From contig NC_057718.1 of NCBI RefSeq assembly GCF_004010195.1, positions 20,293,547 through 20,337,830 of the forward strand: 44,284 bases of DNA, given 5' to 3'. The notes under the pieces are model-generated. The model saw only the letters and a list, made by a program, of their open reading frames with translations, had not been told where the DNA came from and did no database searches. Below are positions 1 to 13,215 of the stretch, one piece after another. A program made the translations under genes and the position numbers. Every line of letters starts with the position of its first letter. The stretch's first letter is position 1. The DNA is from Chiloscyllium plagiosum (Eukaryota).

Positions 1-799
1 TGAGGAAATATTCCCTTCTTCTCAGTTCACTCCTCTTCTTTTGACCATGAAGACATGATGTCCCTTGCTCAATATACATCCACCAACTCTCTGCTACTTA
101 TAAACCAAGTAGCCATTGCTTGCTTGTAAATGTGAACATTTATCAGATCATGGAAGATATTACAACCCTTTGAAACTTGATGCCTTTGTGCAAACTTCCA
201 AAAATGAGTTCACGACCAGGAATAGCATGTTGACAGATTGTTGGATCCTATCAATTCTGAGACTTGTCAGGAAACTCAGTGGTGACCTGTACATTTTTCT
301 TAAATTTCAAAAATATACTTTATACAGAAAAAATATCATTGTATACATTCATAGTCACACATGCAGTTCGGTTCTGTACAGTAGCATGTCAAGGAAACAA
401 AGAACCATTGGAATTTGACTCTATCCAAACAAGCCAAAGACATCTCTTAAACATACAAAACTATATTTACATTCATTTGAGGCACTAAGATGGTCCGATA
501 ACTGAATGGACCCCCATGTAACTTCAGCAGGAAAACCTCAGACAGTGGTCTTTCCAGGTGGGCTGTAAACAATCAAGGGAGTGGTAAACATTTTTTTAAA
601 AATACTTATTTTTGCTGGAAATTTCCAGTTAAAACAGTTCTGTGAAGTACAGTCTCAGGCAGTACGACTCCAGCACTTTTTCTAAGTTTTCCACAAGCAA
701 AATAAAACTTTGGAAGAAACAGTTAGCTGGAATGATAAGAATAGTCCAAATTCATGACTGCGCTTTCAGAATCTGCATATCTGACAGAACCTGTGTGTT

Positions 800-1009
800 T
801 GTGTGAGGATTCAGGCTCCTCCCGGAGGGGACTTTTAAAACACACCCACCCTATTCTCTGATAAACCTGCCCGATGACTTTTGGAAACAGCAAAAGCAGG
901 AAGGAAGGCAGAGGGTGTTACTGCTTCAGTTCACCTACACAACAGAGAGAGAGAGAGAGAGACAGTACTGTGCTACCACTGTGGTGAACTCCTGAGACAG
1001 TCACTGCAG
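800..1009 (+). promoter_or_regulatory. Candidate promoter and non-coding first exon
   Basis: TE-free stretch with TTTAAAA (834-840), CACACCCACCC (841-851), TGATAA (859-864), (GA)n at 944-962, ending in a consensus donor CAG|GTAAGA at 1009/1010. No clear upstream acceptor seen. Confidence 0.3.
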
Positions 1010-1593
1010 GTAAGAGACTGACTTGTGCCTGCTAAAATATTGTGTTTGAGCCAATGGTAATTCCACATCATAAGGGAAAACTGTGATATGTGACAGGTAA
1101 AATATTTGTTATATAATATCAGTTTTTATCCTCATTTGCTATAGTGTAGTCTTGGATGGGTTCTCTAGCATCAGACTTCCTATGTGAATTACTGAATAAC
1201 TTGGCAACCAAGCCAGTCTTCATTCCTTTGTCAAGGCAAAGGTGATGGTTTAATATCCGAAAGCACACATTGACCTGTATGTTTTTGTGTCTGAATGGCA
1301 ACCAACTATTTGTTAGTAATTTGGATAGAAAGGGGAAAAAAGTGTGTTTGACATCACAATTGGCACTTTGAACCCAAATGGCAATAGTAAATTTTGTGAA
1401 GTAGGAATGATTTTGCATTTCATGCTACATATATGCTAGTGTGTAGAATTGTAATCAATTTGAAAGAAGAAAAAAATTGTAAAATTGACAAGTGCAAAGT
1501 TCATAATATTTTGAAGAAAGGCATTTTAAAGCTTTTTATATCTGTATTATAGCTCTGAGATTAAAATATAACTATGAACAAGTACAGTCTGCA

Positions 1594-1693
1594 ATAAAAA
1601 CATAAAGTACTGGAAGAACTCAGCAGATCTGCCAGCATCTGTGTAGAGAGTAACAGAGTTAACATCTCTGATATTACTCCCTTCTTCTTCAAG
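1594..1693 (-). mobile_element. Penelope-like pseudo-LTR fragment
   Basis: Motif ctggaagaactcagcagatctgccagcatctgtg...gttaaca shared with copies at 9116, 29448 and 37311. Confidence 0.55.
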
Positions 1694-1709
1694 TCATATT
1701 TGTTCTCCA

Positions 1710-2735
1710 TTATAATGGAAAATGAAGAAATGGCAGAGGCATTGAACAGATATTTCACAGAATCACAAATGTGTTCTGACGGAGAAGAAGACCATTCAAC
1801 CCATCGTGACTTCACCAGCTCATTAAGTTAGTGAATTTTGTGTCTGCCCTCATGGTAGAAATTAAGGGGCAATGGGGGAGATGGACTTAAAACAATCACC
1901 ACCACCAGGAAAAAGAAGCTGGAAAAACTGTTGGATGTAAAGGCTAACAAATCCCCATGATCAGATGGCCTGCATCCTAGGGTTTTATGGAAATGCTAGC
2001 CCAGATAGTAGATTCATTGTTTATAATCTTACAAAATCTCTTAAAATCTGTAAGGTTGTCAGCAGATTGTAAAATAGCAAATGTAACACCTTTATTCCAA
2101 ATGGGAAAAATGCAGGAAGCAAGAAATTATAGATTAGTTAGACTAACATCTGTTAGGAAAGGTGCTGGAATCTATTTTTAAGTTGTTAATGGCAGGTTAC
2201 CTTTGAAATTCATGCTGTAATCAGGCAGAGCCAACATGGCTTTGTGAAATGGAAATTGTATTTACGATTTCTTACTCAAATGACATTCATGTGGAACCAA
2301 TAGATGTGGTGTAGTTAGATTTGCAAAATGCATTGGATAAAGTACTATATTAAAGTTTGCTACACCAGACAAGAATGTATTGTGTAGGCAGTATTAGTAA
2401 AGTATGGGAGAAAGGATTGGTTAACTATCAAAAAGCAAAGAATGGACATAAATGGGTCTTTTACAAGTTGGCAAGATGTAACCAGTGGAGTATCACAGTA
2501 ATTGTTGCTGGAGGCCTCAGCTATTTACAACCTATATCAATGATTTGAATGAGGAGACAAATGCGGCAGCTAAATTTGCCAGTGGCATGAAAATAGGTAG
2601 GAAAATAAGCTGTCAGGAGGGAGATTGAAAGAGTCTGCAAAGGGATATAGACAGTTTACATCAGTGGGCAAAAAATTGGCACATGGAGTATGATGCAGGG
2701 ATATATGAACATGTACATTTTGGCAGAAGGTCTAG
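1710..2735 (+). mobile_element. Decayed CR1 LINE ORF2 (reverse transcriptase) fragment
   Basis: Fragments such as DCKIANVTPLF..G..QEARNYRLVRLTSV and QHGFVK; many stops and frameshifts. Confidence 0.75.
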
Positions 2736-2736
2736 A

Positions 2737-2962
2737 GACAAGCAGGAGGTTGGAAGAACACAGCAAGCCAGGCAGCATCAGGAACTGCAGAAGTCAACAC
2801 TGCAAAGTCTCTTCAAAGGATGCCCATTTTGTAGAGGTTCTCTGCCTCCCTCACCTGAAATGTCGACTTCTCCACCTCCTGATGCTGCCTAGCTTACTGT
2901 GTTCTTTCAGCCTCCTGCTTGTCTTCCTTGGATTATAGCATCTGCAGTTTTTTCTGTCTCTA
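2737..2962. mobile_element. Penelope-like insertion with inverted pseudo-LTR arms
   Basis: About 2737-2798 is the approximate reverse complement of about 2860-2924; ends in the agcatctgcagtttttt tail. Confidence 0.6.
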
Positions 2963-3234
2963 AGGAAATCTAGAGAAGGAGTGAAGAGAGATTGCAGGAG
3001 ATAAAGAACTGAGGGATTCGGTGTCGCAGTACAAGAATCAGATAAAGCTCACACACAGTTGCAGAAAGCAATTAGAACTCAAATTTTAAAATACTCATTC
3101 ATTTTATATTCATCCCAGCCAGTGACACCTTCATCCCATGAATAAATAACTAAATAAAAATCATTTGGACTGAAACAAGGAGAAATTTCTTCATGTAAAG
3201 GGATAGAGAATTCAATGCTCCAGGATTGTTAAAT

Positions 3235-4510
3235 GAAACTTGCCCTCTATTCTAGATTCCTCAACCAGTTGAAAAAAAAATCCTCTCAGCATCTACATAC
3301 CTTCCAATTACTTTTTCTTCTGCACAGACCTCCAAGGTCCATGTGTGGCATGTCACCATAGGACAACCCATTAATTCCAGGACATTCAAGCTAGTGAATG
3401 TTTCCTGTGCTGCCTTCAAATGCCAATATATACTTCCTTAACAATTGCACACAATATTCCAGGTGTGGTCTTAGCAAACCGTCTACAATTGTAGTAAAAC
3501 TTACTTATTTCCGAATTCCTACTCCTTTGCAATAAAGGCCAAGGTGCCACTTGTTTTCTGAATTGTTTGCTGTACTTTAATGCTAGGTTTTTGTTTCTTG
3601 CTCAAGTACATCAAAGAATGAATATGAACCTTTATAAATTTCACTCCTTTTTAAAACATTTGCTCTTCTATCCTTACGATTAAAGTGAATAAACTCAAAA
3701 TTTTGCCCAATCTATCCCCTTGTTGCCCACTCTGTTAACCTGCCTATATCTCTCTGCACTCTCTTTGTGTCTTTCTCATGGTTGCATTCCCACCTAGCTT
3801 TGATTCATTGGCAAATATAGATACATTCCTCTCAACCTCTTTGTCTGATAGTGATTGTAACTAACTAAGGCCCCTACACTAATCCTTGTGGCACTCCATA
3901 GCCTGCCCAACTCTAAAATGCCCCATTTAACCCACTCTCTGCTTGCTGCCCATGAACCAATTCTCTATTCATATTAATATATCTCCCCCAGCTCTATGTT
4001 GTGTATTAACCTTTAGAATAGCACCTTTTTGAAAATTAAAATATACCACCTATATTGATTCACCTTTATCTATGCTACTTATATTTTCCAAGCACGCTAC
4101 TAAATTTGTATTCATACATCCTGTTGATTTTTTTCTAATTATACTATGGTTTTCTCAGTGCAAAGATTAGTTCTGCACAATGGTTTTACAGGAAGATATT
4201 TGAATCTGGCTAAATCAGTTCTGAGATTAAAATATAAGTATAAAGAATCATGCAATTGTTTCTGTTCAATTTGATGAGAACATGAAAATATAACAAAGGA
4301 GCAGGAGAAGACCATGTTGCTCGTTAAACCTGTTCTGCCATTCGGATTCCAGCACTATCCCAATGACTGATGTCAGGCTAACTAACCTGTTGTTCCCTCT
4401 TTTCTCTCACCCTCTCTTCTTGATCATTGGTGTTGCATTTGCCAACTTCAAATCAGCTGGGACCTTTCTGAATCGATTGAACTTGGGAACATCATAGTCA
4501 ATGCATCCAC
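3235..4510 (-). mobile_element. Old CR1 LINE fragments (interrupted)
   Basis: Reverse-strand CR1 hallmarks: gcacacaatattccaggtgtggtct, ccttgtggcactcca, actgatgtcaggctaact. Confidence 0.6.
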
Positions 4511-5012
4511 TGGGTATAAAGTGCTGTTGAGAAATCTAAGTTGTAAATCAGAAATATTAAAAGTGAAAGTGGCTCAGTTGCACTATATAAGTAAATCATG
4601 ACTTTTTAAAAAACAAAATCTCTCTTCTCATCCATCATCTCTGACAATTAGCTCGCCCAATTTCGTCCGTTGGATGATAACATTTACTGGGTGATACTGG
4701 GTCACATAATAAATACAGCCTTAGATTCTATATGTTCTCAATTTCCAGAACAATCATAAAATAACCCCAGATGTTACAAGAAGTATTGAGTGGAACCCAA
4801 ATAAAAGTTTATTGACAACAAGCAAAGGGCCAAGATTAGAAACTGAAGATGAATGTGTAGGTTTTGTAAAACACTGCACAATTTTATTTAGGGTAATTTG
4901 CAGAGCTCATTGTCAGATAGATACATGAGTTCTGATGAATGAATAGACACCTCTCTTGCCTGTGGAACTGAACCATATATTTTTATTAAACATTTTTATG
5001 GTATTGTTTAGT

Positions 5013-5333
5013 GGGCGGCACGGTGGCACAGTGGTTAGCACTGCTGCCTCACAGCGCCAGAGACCCGGGTTCAATTCCCGACTCAGGCGACTGACTGTGT
5101 GGAGTTTGCACATTCTCCCCGTGTATGTGTGGGTTTCCTCCGGGTGCTCCGGTTTCCTCCCACAGTCCAAAGATGTGCAGGTCAGGTGAATTGGCCATGC
5201 TAAATTGCCCGTAGTGTTAGGTAAAAAGGGGTACATGTAGGGGTATGGGTGGGTTGCGCTTCGGCGGGTCGGTGTGGACTTGTTGGGCTGAAGGGCCTGT
5301 TTCCACACTGTAAGTAATCTAATCTAATCTAAT
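5013..5333 (+). mobile_element. HE1-type tRNA-derived SINE, full length and well preserved
   Basis: A box tggcacagtgg, B box gttcaattcc, central tgtggagtttgcacattctcccc, CR1-like tail ending in (CTAAT)n; CpGs retained. Confidence 0.88.
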
Positions 5334-6019
5334 TTTTCAATCTGTAGCCTTAATAGTGACTTCAATAATATCCCCAAATGTAGCTTTTTTCTACGGTAGG
5401 TGCTACCAGTGTTCAGATACATGTACTGATACTGGAATTTGAGAGCACTCCATCAAAAATCTGAGCTAACTTTGGAATGTATAGCCAGAACCGTGTAATA
5501 TTAATCTATACAAAATGTACTCAAACATTAAATTATGGATTCAGTGAGGCAATGTACACATACTTTCAGAAAACATTTGACAAGGTGTCTTGACAACCAC
5601 AATTAAGAATTAGGGTGTGAGTAGGAAATAGCATTAATACAGTTAGAAAGGAGGTACATAAAGTAGGAGTAAAAAGTAGTTTCGCAGTGTTACTGGAATT
5701 GGATATATATGTTTAATGTTGTCCAAAATTTTACACAATATGAAATTTAGAACCGTGTAACTAATCCAGTGGACCATAGAAGTTGGAAGACAACAAGGTG
5801 TTGTTGGCAAGACATTGTGGATGGATTTCAATGGCAGTAATTGAGGTGAAAAAAAAGAAATTATTATACTTTTAATTAGAAAAGTCTTCATAATGTCTAG
5901 GGTATAAAAGGTAGAGATATATAGGGTAGAGGTTTTTTAGATGCTAAAAGCAACACAGAATAACAATACCATAAAAATACAAATGTTGTACTAGGTACAT
6001 GGCAAGAATCATATATTGG

Positions 6020-7712
6020 CCTCCTCCAGTGGTTCCCAGCATTACAGATACCAGTCTTCAGCCAGTTCAATTCACTCCATGTGATATCAAGCAAAGGCTG
6101 AAGGCACTGGATGCGACAAAGGTTATGGGCCCTGGCAACATTCCAGCAATAGTATGAAGATTTGTGCTCCAGAACTTGCTACTCCCCTAACCAAGCTGTT
6201 CCAATATAGTTACAACACTGTCATCTACCCAACAATGCAGAAAATTGCCCCAACTTATGTCCTACACACAAAAATACAGAGCAAATCCAACTCTGCCAAT
6301 TACTATCCCATCAGCCTACATTTGGTCCTCAGTAAAGTGATGGAAGGTGCCATCGTCAGTGCTATCCAGCAGCACCTACTCAGCTTTTGACCTCATTACA
6401 GCCTTGGTTCAAACATGGACAAAAGAGCTGAATTCCAGAGGTGAGATGAGAGTGTCAGCCCTTGACATCAAAGCCACATTTGACCGAATGTGGCTTCGGG
6501 GAGATCTAACAAAATTGGAAACAATGGGTATCAAGGGCAAATTCTCCACTGATCACTGTCATACCTGGCACATAGGAAGATGGTTGTGGTTATTGGAGGT
6601 CAGTCATCTCAGTTCCAGGACATCTATGCAAGAGTTCCTCATGGTAGTGTCCTAGATCTAACCATCTTCAACTGCTTCATCAATAACATTCCATCCATTA
6701 TAAGTCAGAAGTGGGGATCATTGCACAATGTTCAACACTATTCAGGATATTGAAGCAGTACATGTTCAAGTGCAACAAGATCTGGACAATATCCAGAGTT
6801 GGGCTGACAAATGGCAAGTAACATTCATGCCACACAATGCCATGCAATGACCATTTTCAATAAGAGACAAGCTATCCACTGCCCCTTGACAATCAATGGG
6901 GTTACTGTCACTGAATTCCCCAATATCAACACCCTCAAGGTTAACATTAACTAAAAACTAGACTCACCACATAAATGTAGTAGCTACAAGAGCAGGTCAG
7001 AAGCTAGGAATATTGCGGCAAACAATTCACCTCTTGATTCCCCAAAGCCTATCCACCATCTACAAGGCACAAGTCAGGAGTGTGATGGAATACTCCCCAC
7101 TTGCCTGGATGGAATCAGTTCCAACAGCACTCAAGAAGCTTGACCATTCAGGACAAAGCAACCTGCTTGATTGGCATCACATCCATGAACATCCATTCCC
7201 TCAATCCCTGACGATTAGTAGTAGCAGCAGTAGTATTATCTACAAAGTACACTGCAGGCATTCACCAAAGATCCTAAGAAGCATCTTTCAAACCCATGAT
7301 CTCTTCCATCTAGAAGGACAGGAACATCATCACATGTAAGTTCCCCTCCAAGCCACTCACCATCCTGACTTGGAAATATATTCTGGATTAGTGGTGCTGG
7401 AAGAGCACAGCAGTTCAGGCAGCATCCAAGGAGCTGCCTGAACTGCTGTGCACTTCCAGCACCACTAATCCAGAATCTGGTTTCCAGCATCTGCAGTCAT
7501 TGTTTTTACCTTGGAAATATATTGCCATTCCTTCACTGTCATGGGATCAAATCCTGGAATTGCCTTCCCAGGGGCATTGTGTGTGTCAACGTACAGCATG
7601 TGGATAGCAGCGGTTCAAAAAGACAGCTCACCACCACCTTCTCAAGGGCAACTAGGAACGGGCAATAAATACCGGCCAGCCAACAATGCCCATGTTCTAC
7701 AACTGAATAAAA
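6020..7712 (+). mobile_element. 5'-truncated LINE (RT region and 3' tail), same family as 31217-34755
   Basis: KICAPELATPLTKLFQYSY..NYYPISL, LDIKATFDRMW, IYKAQVRSVMEYSPLAW; tail ccaccttctcaagggcaactagg..caataaat. Confidence 0.85.
7383..7509. mobile_element. Penelope-like palindromic insertion nested in the LINE, 14-bp target site duplication
   Basis: cttggaaatatatt at 7369-7382 and 7510-7523; 44-bp inverted arms. Confidence 0.75.
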
Positions 7713-7861
7713 ATAGAACATGAGTGATATGAAACCTTAATTATACCACAGTTGTAATGCACCGTTTTGGACTTCACACTGTGGGCAAGATGTTTATATT
7801 GCATCTTGTTTCATTTGCAATGCTCCTGAAAGAAGTACAGACACCTAGAAAGACTTGCTAC

Positions 7862-10452
7862 AATGGTATAATGAAATGTTTAGAAAGAAAAGGTTGAAAA
7901 ATGTTTCAATAAACTATTTTAATGCTGATTCAAGGCATAAGGATGGGAATTTAAGATGCAACTGCATTTGTATTCCAGCTGAGCATAAATATGCATTTCT
8001 AAAGTAAGATTTTAACAAGACCATTTTTTATCGCAAACAGTTCTTCTTTGATTAGGTTTTGGATTGCAAGTAAAACAGAACATAATGTATAATGAAACAA
8101 GAATCCAATAGACCCATTTTACATTCCCATTAATATTTAAAGCAATAACTTGCAAATACATATTTTTATTTATTCACTTATGGGATGTGGGCATCGCTGG
8201 CTGGTGCAACATTTATTGCCTTCCCCTAATTGCCCCTGAGAAGGTAGCAGTGAGCTATTTTTTTGAACCACTCCAGTACAGTGTGGGGAAGGGGTGATTG
8301 AGTTCCTTATGACCGTAAATAGACACATGAATTGGGAGCAGGAGTAGGCCATTCAGCCTATTGAGCCTGATACACCACTCAATAAGATCATGGCTGACCT
8401 GTTTGTGACCACAAATCTGTTTACCCAACTACCCGTTATAACCTTTTGCTAAAAAAAGAATTTACTATTTCTGCCTTAAATATATTCAAAGACTTTTGTT
8501 CTGCCACTTTTTCAGCAGAAATACAGACACCTAAGGACTCATTAATAGAGGCATTTGAGGTCATTACAGAATGGAACAAGAGTAGTTATAAGGAAAATAT
8601 TTCATGTGACTGAAGGTTTTGGAATAATAGGGAGAAAAATCTTCTTCCAACAATTCCCAGACTTACCATAGGTCTGGAACTGGAATCCTGTTGGTGATCT
8701 GTATGACCTCTTTGAATGGTCCCTGGGCACAGCTGGTGTTCTTAGTACAATGGTTTGATCTGATATTACAGATGCTCCAATTTTGCGTAGCCTGCACTTT
8801 TGGCGAAGTGTTTGTGTTGTGTTGCACATATAGTTGGACACGAAGATAATTCCTTAACCTAATATTGAATGGAGCAGATACAACGACCATAAAATATTAC
8901 TTCCAAGTGAGTCAGTTGATAAGTGGGACTAGAAAAGACGTACTGAAAAATATAAATAAAACTAATGTTAGAGGAAAAAATGCACGCAACAGCAAACATT
9001 TGAAGTAATCTACCAATTGAGGTGCTGGAATCAAAAACTTCAGTGGTTCAAAGTATAATTGAGAATTTGTTTGGGTGATTTGGAATACTAAAGAGTAAAG
9101 TTTATTTAGCTATTTAATAAAAAACAGAACTGTGGAGGCTGGAAATCTGAATCTAAAACAGAAATTTCTGGTAAAACTCAGCAGGTCTGGCAACATCTGT
9201 ACAGAGAAAGCACTGTTCATGTTTCAGGTCCAGTGACCCTTCTTCATAATGTACTTTCTTTTATGTTACCTTCTAACATAGTAATCCAAATGCTGCATTG
9301 GTTCAGTCTGTTTACAAGAAAAACAGTTGTGCTCCATGTACGAACAGCTACATGAGAAATTTCAATAGCATGGATGTTAATGTTATACAGAAATCACAGG
9401 TTAAAGCCATTTAGAGATCACTCATAGGTTGGTGACATACTTGTTTTTTTAATTTTAGAGTTTTTAAAAACTTTGTTTATCCAAAGAACAATATGAGTTT
9501 CAGTGTAATTGATAGTTAATAGAACAATTGTGAAAACACTGTAAAAGGATAATTAATTTAATAATAAAGGGAGCTGTGAGTCAGTTAATTGATGTTTCTT
9601 TCTCTCCACCCTCCATCCACGCCTTAACATGGAATGTTTTTTGAGTGCATTTACTCGACAATTAGTAGCTGGACAAACACTGGTCCAACTTATTAAACTA
9701 AATCTGTGCAGGTGACAATCCTGCATATAACTCACAAACATGAGACCTTCAGACAGGGAACCAGGCACTTTGCCTTATGTTGAGCCTGAATTTCTCAATT
9801 TTAACCAAAGTAGGAATTCCTAATTATGAGGAGTACTCTGAGTACTGATTCCAAAATACCTAATTGATCACTAGTCTGCCTTGATTAAATTGATGGTTTA
9901 ATGATAAGATTACAAAGAAAAGGTCAAAAAGGTTCCAATAAGCTATTTTAATACTGGTGCAAGGCATAAGGATGGAAATTCAAGATGTATTTGTATTCCA
10001 GCTGAGCAAAAATATGCATTTCTAAAATAAGATTTTAACAAGGCCATTATTTGTTGCTAACAATTCTCCTTTGATTATATTTGGATTAACGTATAGTGAA
10101 AGATGAGTCCAATAGACCCATTTTACATTCCCATTAATTTTTAAAACACTAAATTGCACCTATATATTTTTGTTCATTCATGGGATGGAGGCATTGCTGG
10201 CTGTGGCAGCATTTATTGCTTTCCTCTAATTGCCCTTGAGAAGGTAGCAGTGAGCTGCCATCTTGAACCACTCCAGTACATCAAATCTCTAGAGCCTGGT
10301 GCATTCAATAAGATTGTGGCTGACCTGTTTGTAAACGCAAATCTGTATTCTTACATACCTGTGATACCCCTTCGTTCCTTTGCTTAAAAAGAATCTATAT
10401 ACTTCTGCCTTAAAAATATTCAAAGACTCTTCTTCTATCACCTTTTCAGGAT
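7862..10452 (+). repeat. Old local direct duplication (about 7862-8518 and about 9892-10452)
   Basis: Shared blocks caaggcataaggatgg, tgtattccagctgagca, ccaatagacccattttacattcccattaat and gaaccactccagtaca in the same order. Confidence 0.85.
9116..9248 (-). mobile_element. Penelope-like pseudo-LTR with decayed hammerhead-like core
   Basis: aactcagcaggtctggcaacatctgt motif; minus strand reads aTGAAGA-a-GGGTC-actg-GACCT-GAAAC. Confidence 0.6.
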
Positions 10453-11359
10453 AAGAATTTCAAAGACTCTTGACCCTCTGAGTGAAGAAAAACTTGATTT
10501 ATTCTGTAGTGACCTGTGACTCTAGATTCTTCCATTATGGGAAATATCGCTCTACATCTACCCTGTTAAAAGCCCTCAGGATATTACTTATTTCAACCAA
10601 ACGACCTCTTACTTTTCTAACTCCAGTGGATACAAGGCCAGGCCCATCCAATCTTGCTTCATTTTGACCCAGTGATGGTGAAGGAACAACGATATATTTT
10701 CAAGTCTGGATGGTGAATGGCTTGGAGAGGAAACTGCAAATGTATTCTCCCATGCATCTATTGCCCTTGTCTTTCTAGTGTTAGAGGGGGATTTGGAAGG
10801 TTTGCCCTTAACAGAACCAAATGTCCTAAGATCAATATTAACAACAAAAAAAAAGATATGCAGCTTAAGGTTACTGAGGCATTTATGAATGTACACGTCT
10901 GTTTGCGTGAAACAATCAAGTGGTAAAGGACATTTATTTTCATATCCATCCTATTTTATTTTTTGTCAACAGAATGTAGTTTCCAAGTTAGAAAAATATT
11001 AAAGCAATTCTTTTGCTAATGTTATAATGTGTTTTTCTAGGGTTTGAGAGCATAGAGGCATAGTTGTTCCAACCTTGAGTTGTACATCAAGGTCAAATTG
11101 ATGACACAAGGGTTTGTTTTTCCAAATCGATATTAACAATCCAAAGCAAAATGATTTTAGGCAATTTCAATCCTTTATGAGGAGGCAGAGTATAGAATAA
11201 TTGGAATTTGTACTAATTAGTATTGAGTGTTTTGATTGGGTGGCTAATACAGTGTTAGAGTAGGAGGATATAATTATGAAGTAGGTTTATTCCCAGGTTT
11301 CTATCCCTACAATCTAGTTAATACTTTGTGTCCATCGCCACATCTGAACTGAGTCACTT

Positions 11360-11955
11360 TAATGATATTGAGATGAGTTTCTGACCCTATGTCCTGTCTA
11401 TCATTGAGACCATTTACTTCTTTCCACCTCTGTAACGTTGCTCAATTTCACCGTTGTCTTAACACGTTCTGAAAACCCCTCAAGCCTTTAATATCTTTAG
11501 ATTTGACTATTCTAATATATAGCCTCGGATTTTGTGTTTTTCTGTGTGACCTCTGAGCTCTGTGTTTGGCAGCAACTACTGAAACCAGAACTCAGTGCTG
11601 GGAATAACTTAACCCTCTCAACCCCCATCAGTGTGTACAGACCCTCAAAGTATCTGTGCAGCCACACAGAGGGAGCATTGTGTACCAGTCACCCTCTTAT
11701 CTATGAACTTGGAATATTGCAAAATTCTGCTGTCTGCATTCTGACTTGTACTAACTGCAATTCACTTGCCCTGTGCCCACTCATTTACATTAGCGCCAGG
11801 TCTGAAAATGATTTGATTTTAAAATGATCAGTTGTGTGTTCAAACCTTTCCATAGATTGGTCTCTCCCTGTCCCTGTAGCTTTTTCAAGCCTTATAACTC
11901 TTCTTCACGTCTGTGCTCAAATTCTGGCTTATTGCACATCTCAGTTTCGAATTGC
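11360..11955 (+). mobile_element. Old L2-like LINE 3' ORF2 fragment interrupted by a ~165-bp insert
   Basis: Remnants of FHL.N.A, RFDYSN, LQNSAVCILT and FKPFHRLVSPCPCSFFKPYN..RLCSNSGLL resemble the L2 ORF2 C-terminus. Confidence 0.55.
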
Positions 11956-12744
11956 TTGGAGAGAAGACCAGGAAATCTCCTTCCCTTTTCTGTAGGCCTT
12001 CTGTTTCTTCAATGGAACACAATTGCACTGAAAACTGAGAAGTTGGTGTTGACATTACCTCCTGCCTGGAAAGATCCTAAGCCACAATGGTGACCTTGAG
12101 AGCAACTGGCTGTGCGGTCCTTGCCCTCCTTTATGACCACAGGAAGAGTCAGTTTTAATGATCTGTATCAGTATCTGTGATCATCTCCTTGGTGAATTGT
12201 AGCTATCTCAAATTCCGTTGACTAAGGCTGAATTGACAGACGTGGGTCTGGCTGTTTGTTGAGGGCCTTCTTTTTTCATCTGCATATAAGTTCCCCCCTG
12301 CTTCTGCCAGTGCTCCATTCTGTGGCCTTTAAGAGATTTATAAATGATATTGAACCCATTACAAAAGTCCATTCTCTTTTGAATCTAATAATTTGTGACA
12401 ATTCTTCAAACAACGCGGTTGACAGTATTCCATGAACTTCACAACAACTAAAGAAAGTCAAAAGTTTCATTCTGATGCATCTAAACAGCATTATGGTTGG
12501 GGGGAGGGGGGCTGGGCAGGGGTGGGAGGGGAAGTTACTCATGCTTCTGATTCTATGCTCAGCTATGAATGGTCAAAAGCAGACTTTCAAAGGACCTGTG
12601 AGATGCCAAATGACAGGTTCAGTACCATGTTAGTGCTAGATGCTGACTGATCTCACAATTAGGACCTGACGACGAGCATCCTCCCCAAGTCCCGAACCAG
12701 CCTGACCGTTCATTGCCAATATTAACCGTCTTCACTCACAAAAG

Positions 12745-13215
12745 ACCATGAGATGTAGGAGCAAGAGTAGGTCACTCAATCCATTGAGTCTGCTCTGCCA
12801 TTCAATGAGATTGTGGCAGATCTGATAATCATTAACACCACCTCCTGCCTTTTCCCTACAACCCTTGATTCCCTTACTAATTAAAAATCTGTCTGTCTCA
12901 GCCTTGAATGTACTTAATGACTCAGCCTCCATAGCCATTTGTGTGAGGAATTCCACAGAATCTCTACCCTCTGGGAAAAGAAATGCCTCCGCACCTTGGT
13001 CTTAAATGTGTGATTCCTTATTCTGGAATTATAGCCTCTGGTTCGAGACTCTCCCATAAGGGGAAACAAACTTTCTACATCTACCCTGTTACATCCCTAA
13101 GAATCTTGCATGTTTCAATAAGATCAACTGTCATTCCTCTAAATTCCAATGATTACAAACCTAACTTACTTAACTATTCTCATAAGACAGTCCTTTCATA
13201 TCTGGTATCAGCTCT
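12745..13215 (-). mobile_element. CR1 LINE 3' end
   Basis: Minus strand EAESLSTFKAETDRFLISKGIKG plus tail gatctgccacaatctcattgaatggcagagcagactc. Confidence 0.8.

Noticed and set aside
5013..5085. tRNA-like sequences with A and B boxes (also 18885, 25138, 34033, 38722)
   Set aside because: They are SINE heads continuing into SINE bodies and tails, not tRNA genes.
11537..11580. RSS-like nonamer/12-bp spacer/heptamer (tttttctgt-12-ctctgtg) followed by TTTGGCAGC
   Set aside because: The nonamer matches only 6/9, there is no FGXG J motif or donor, a stop follows, and it lies inside a TE insert.
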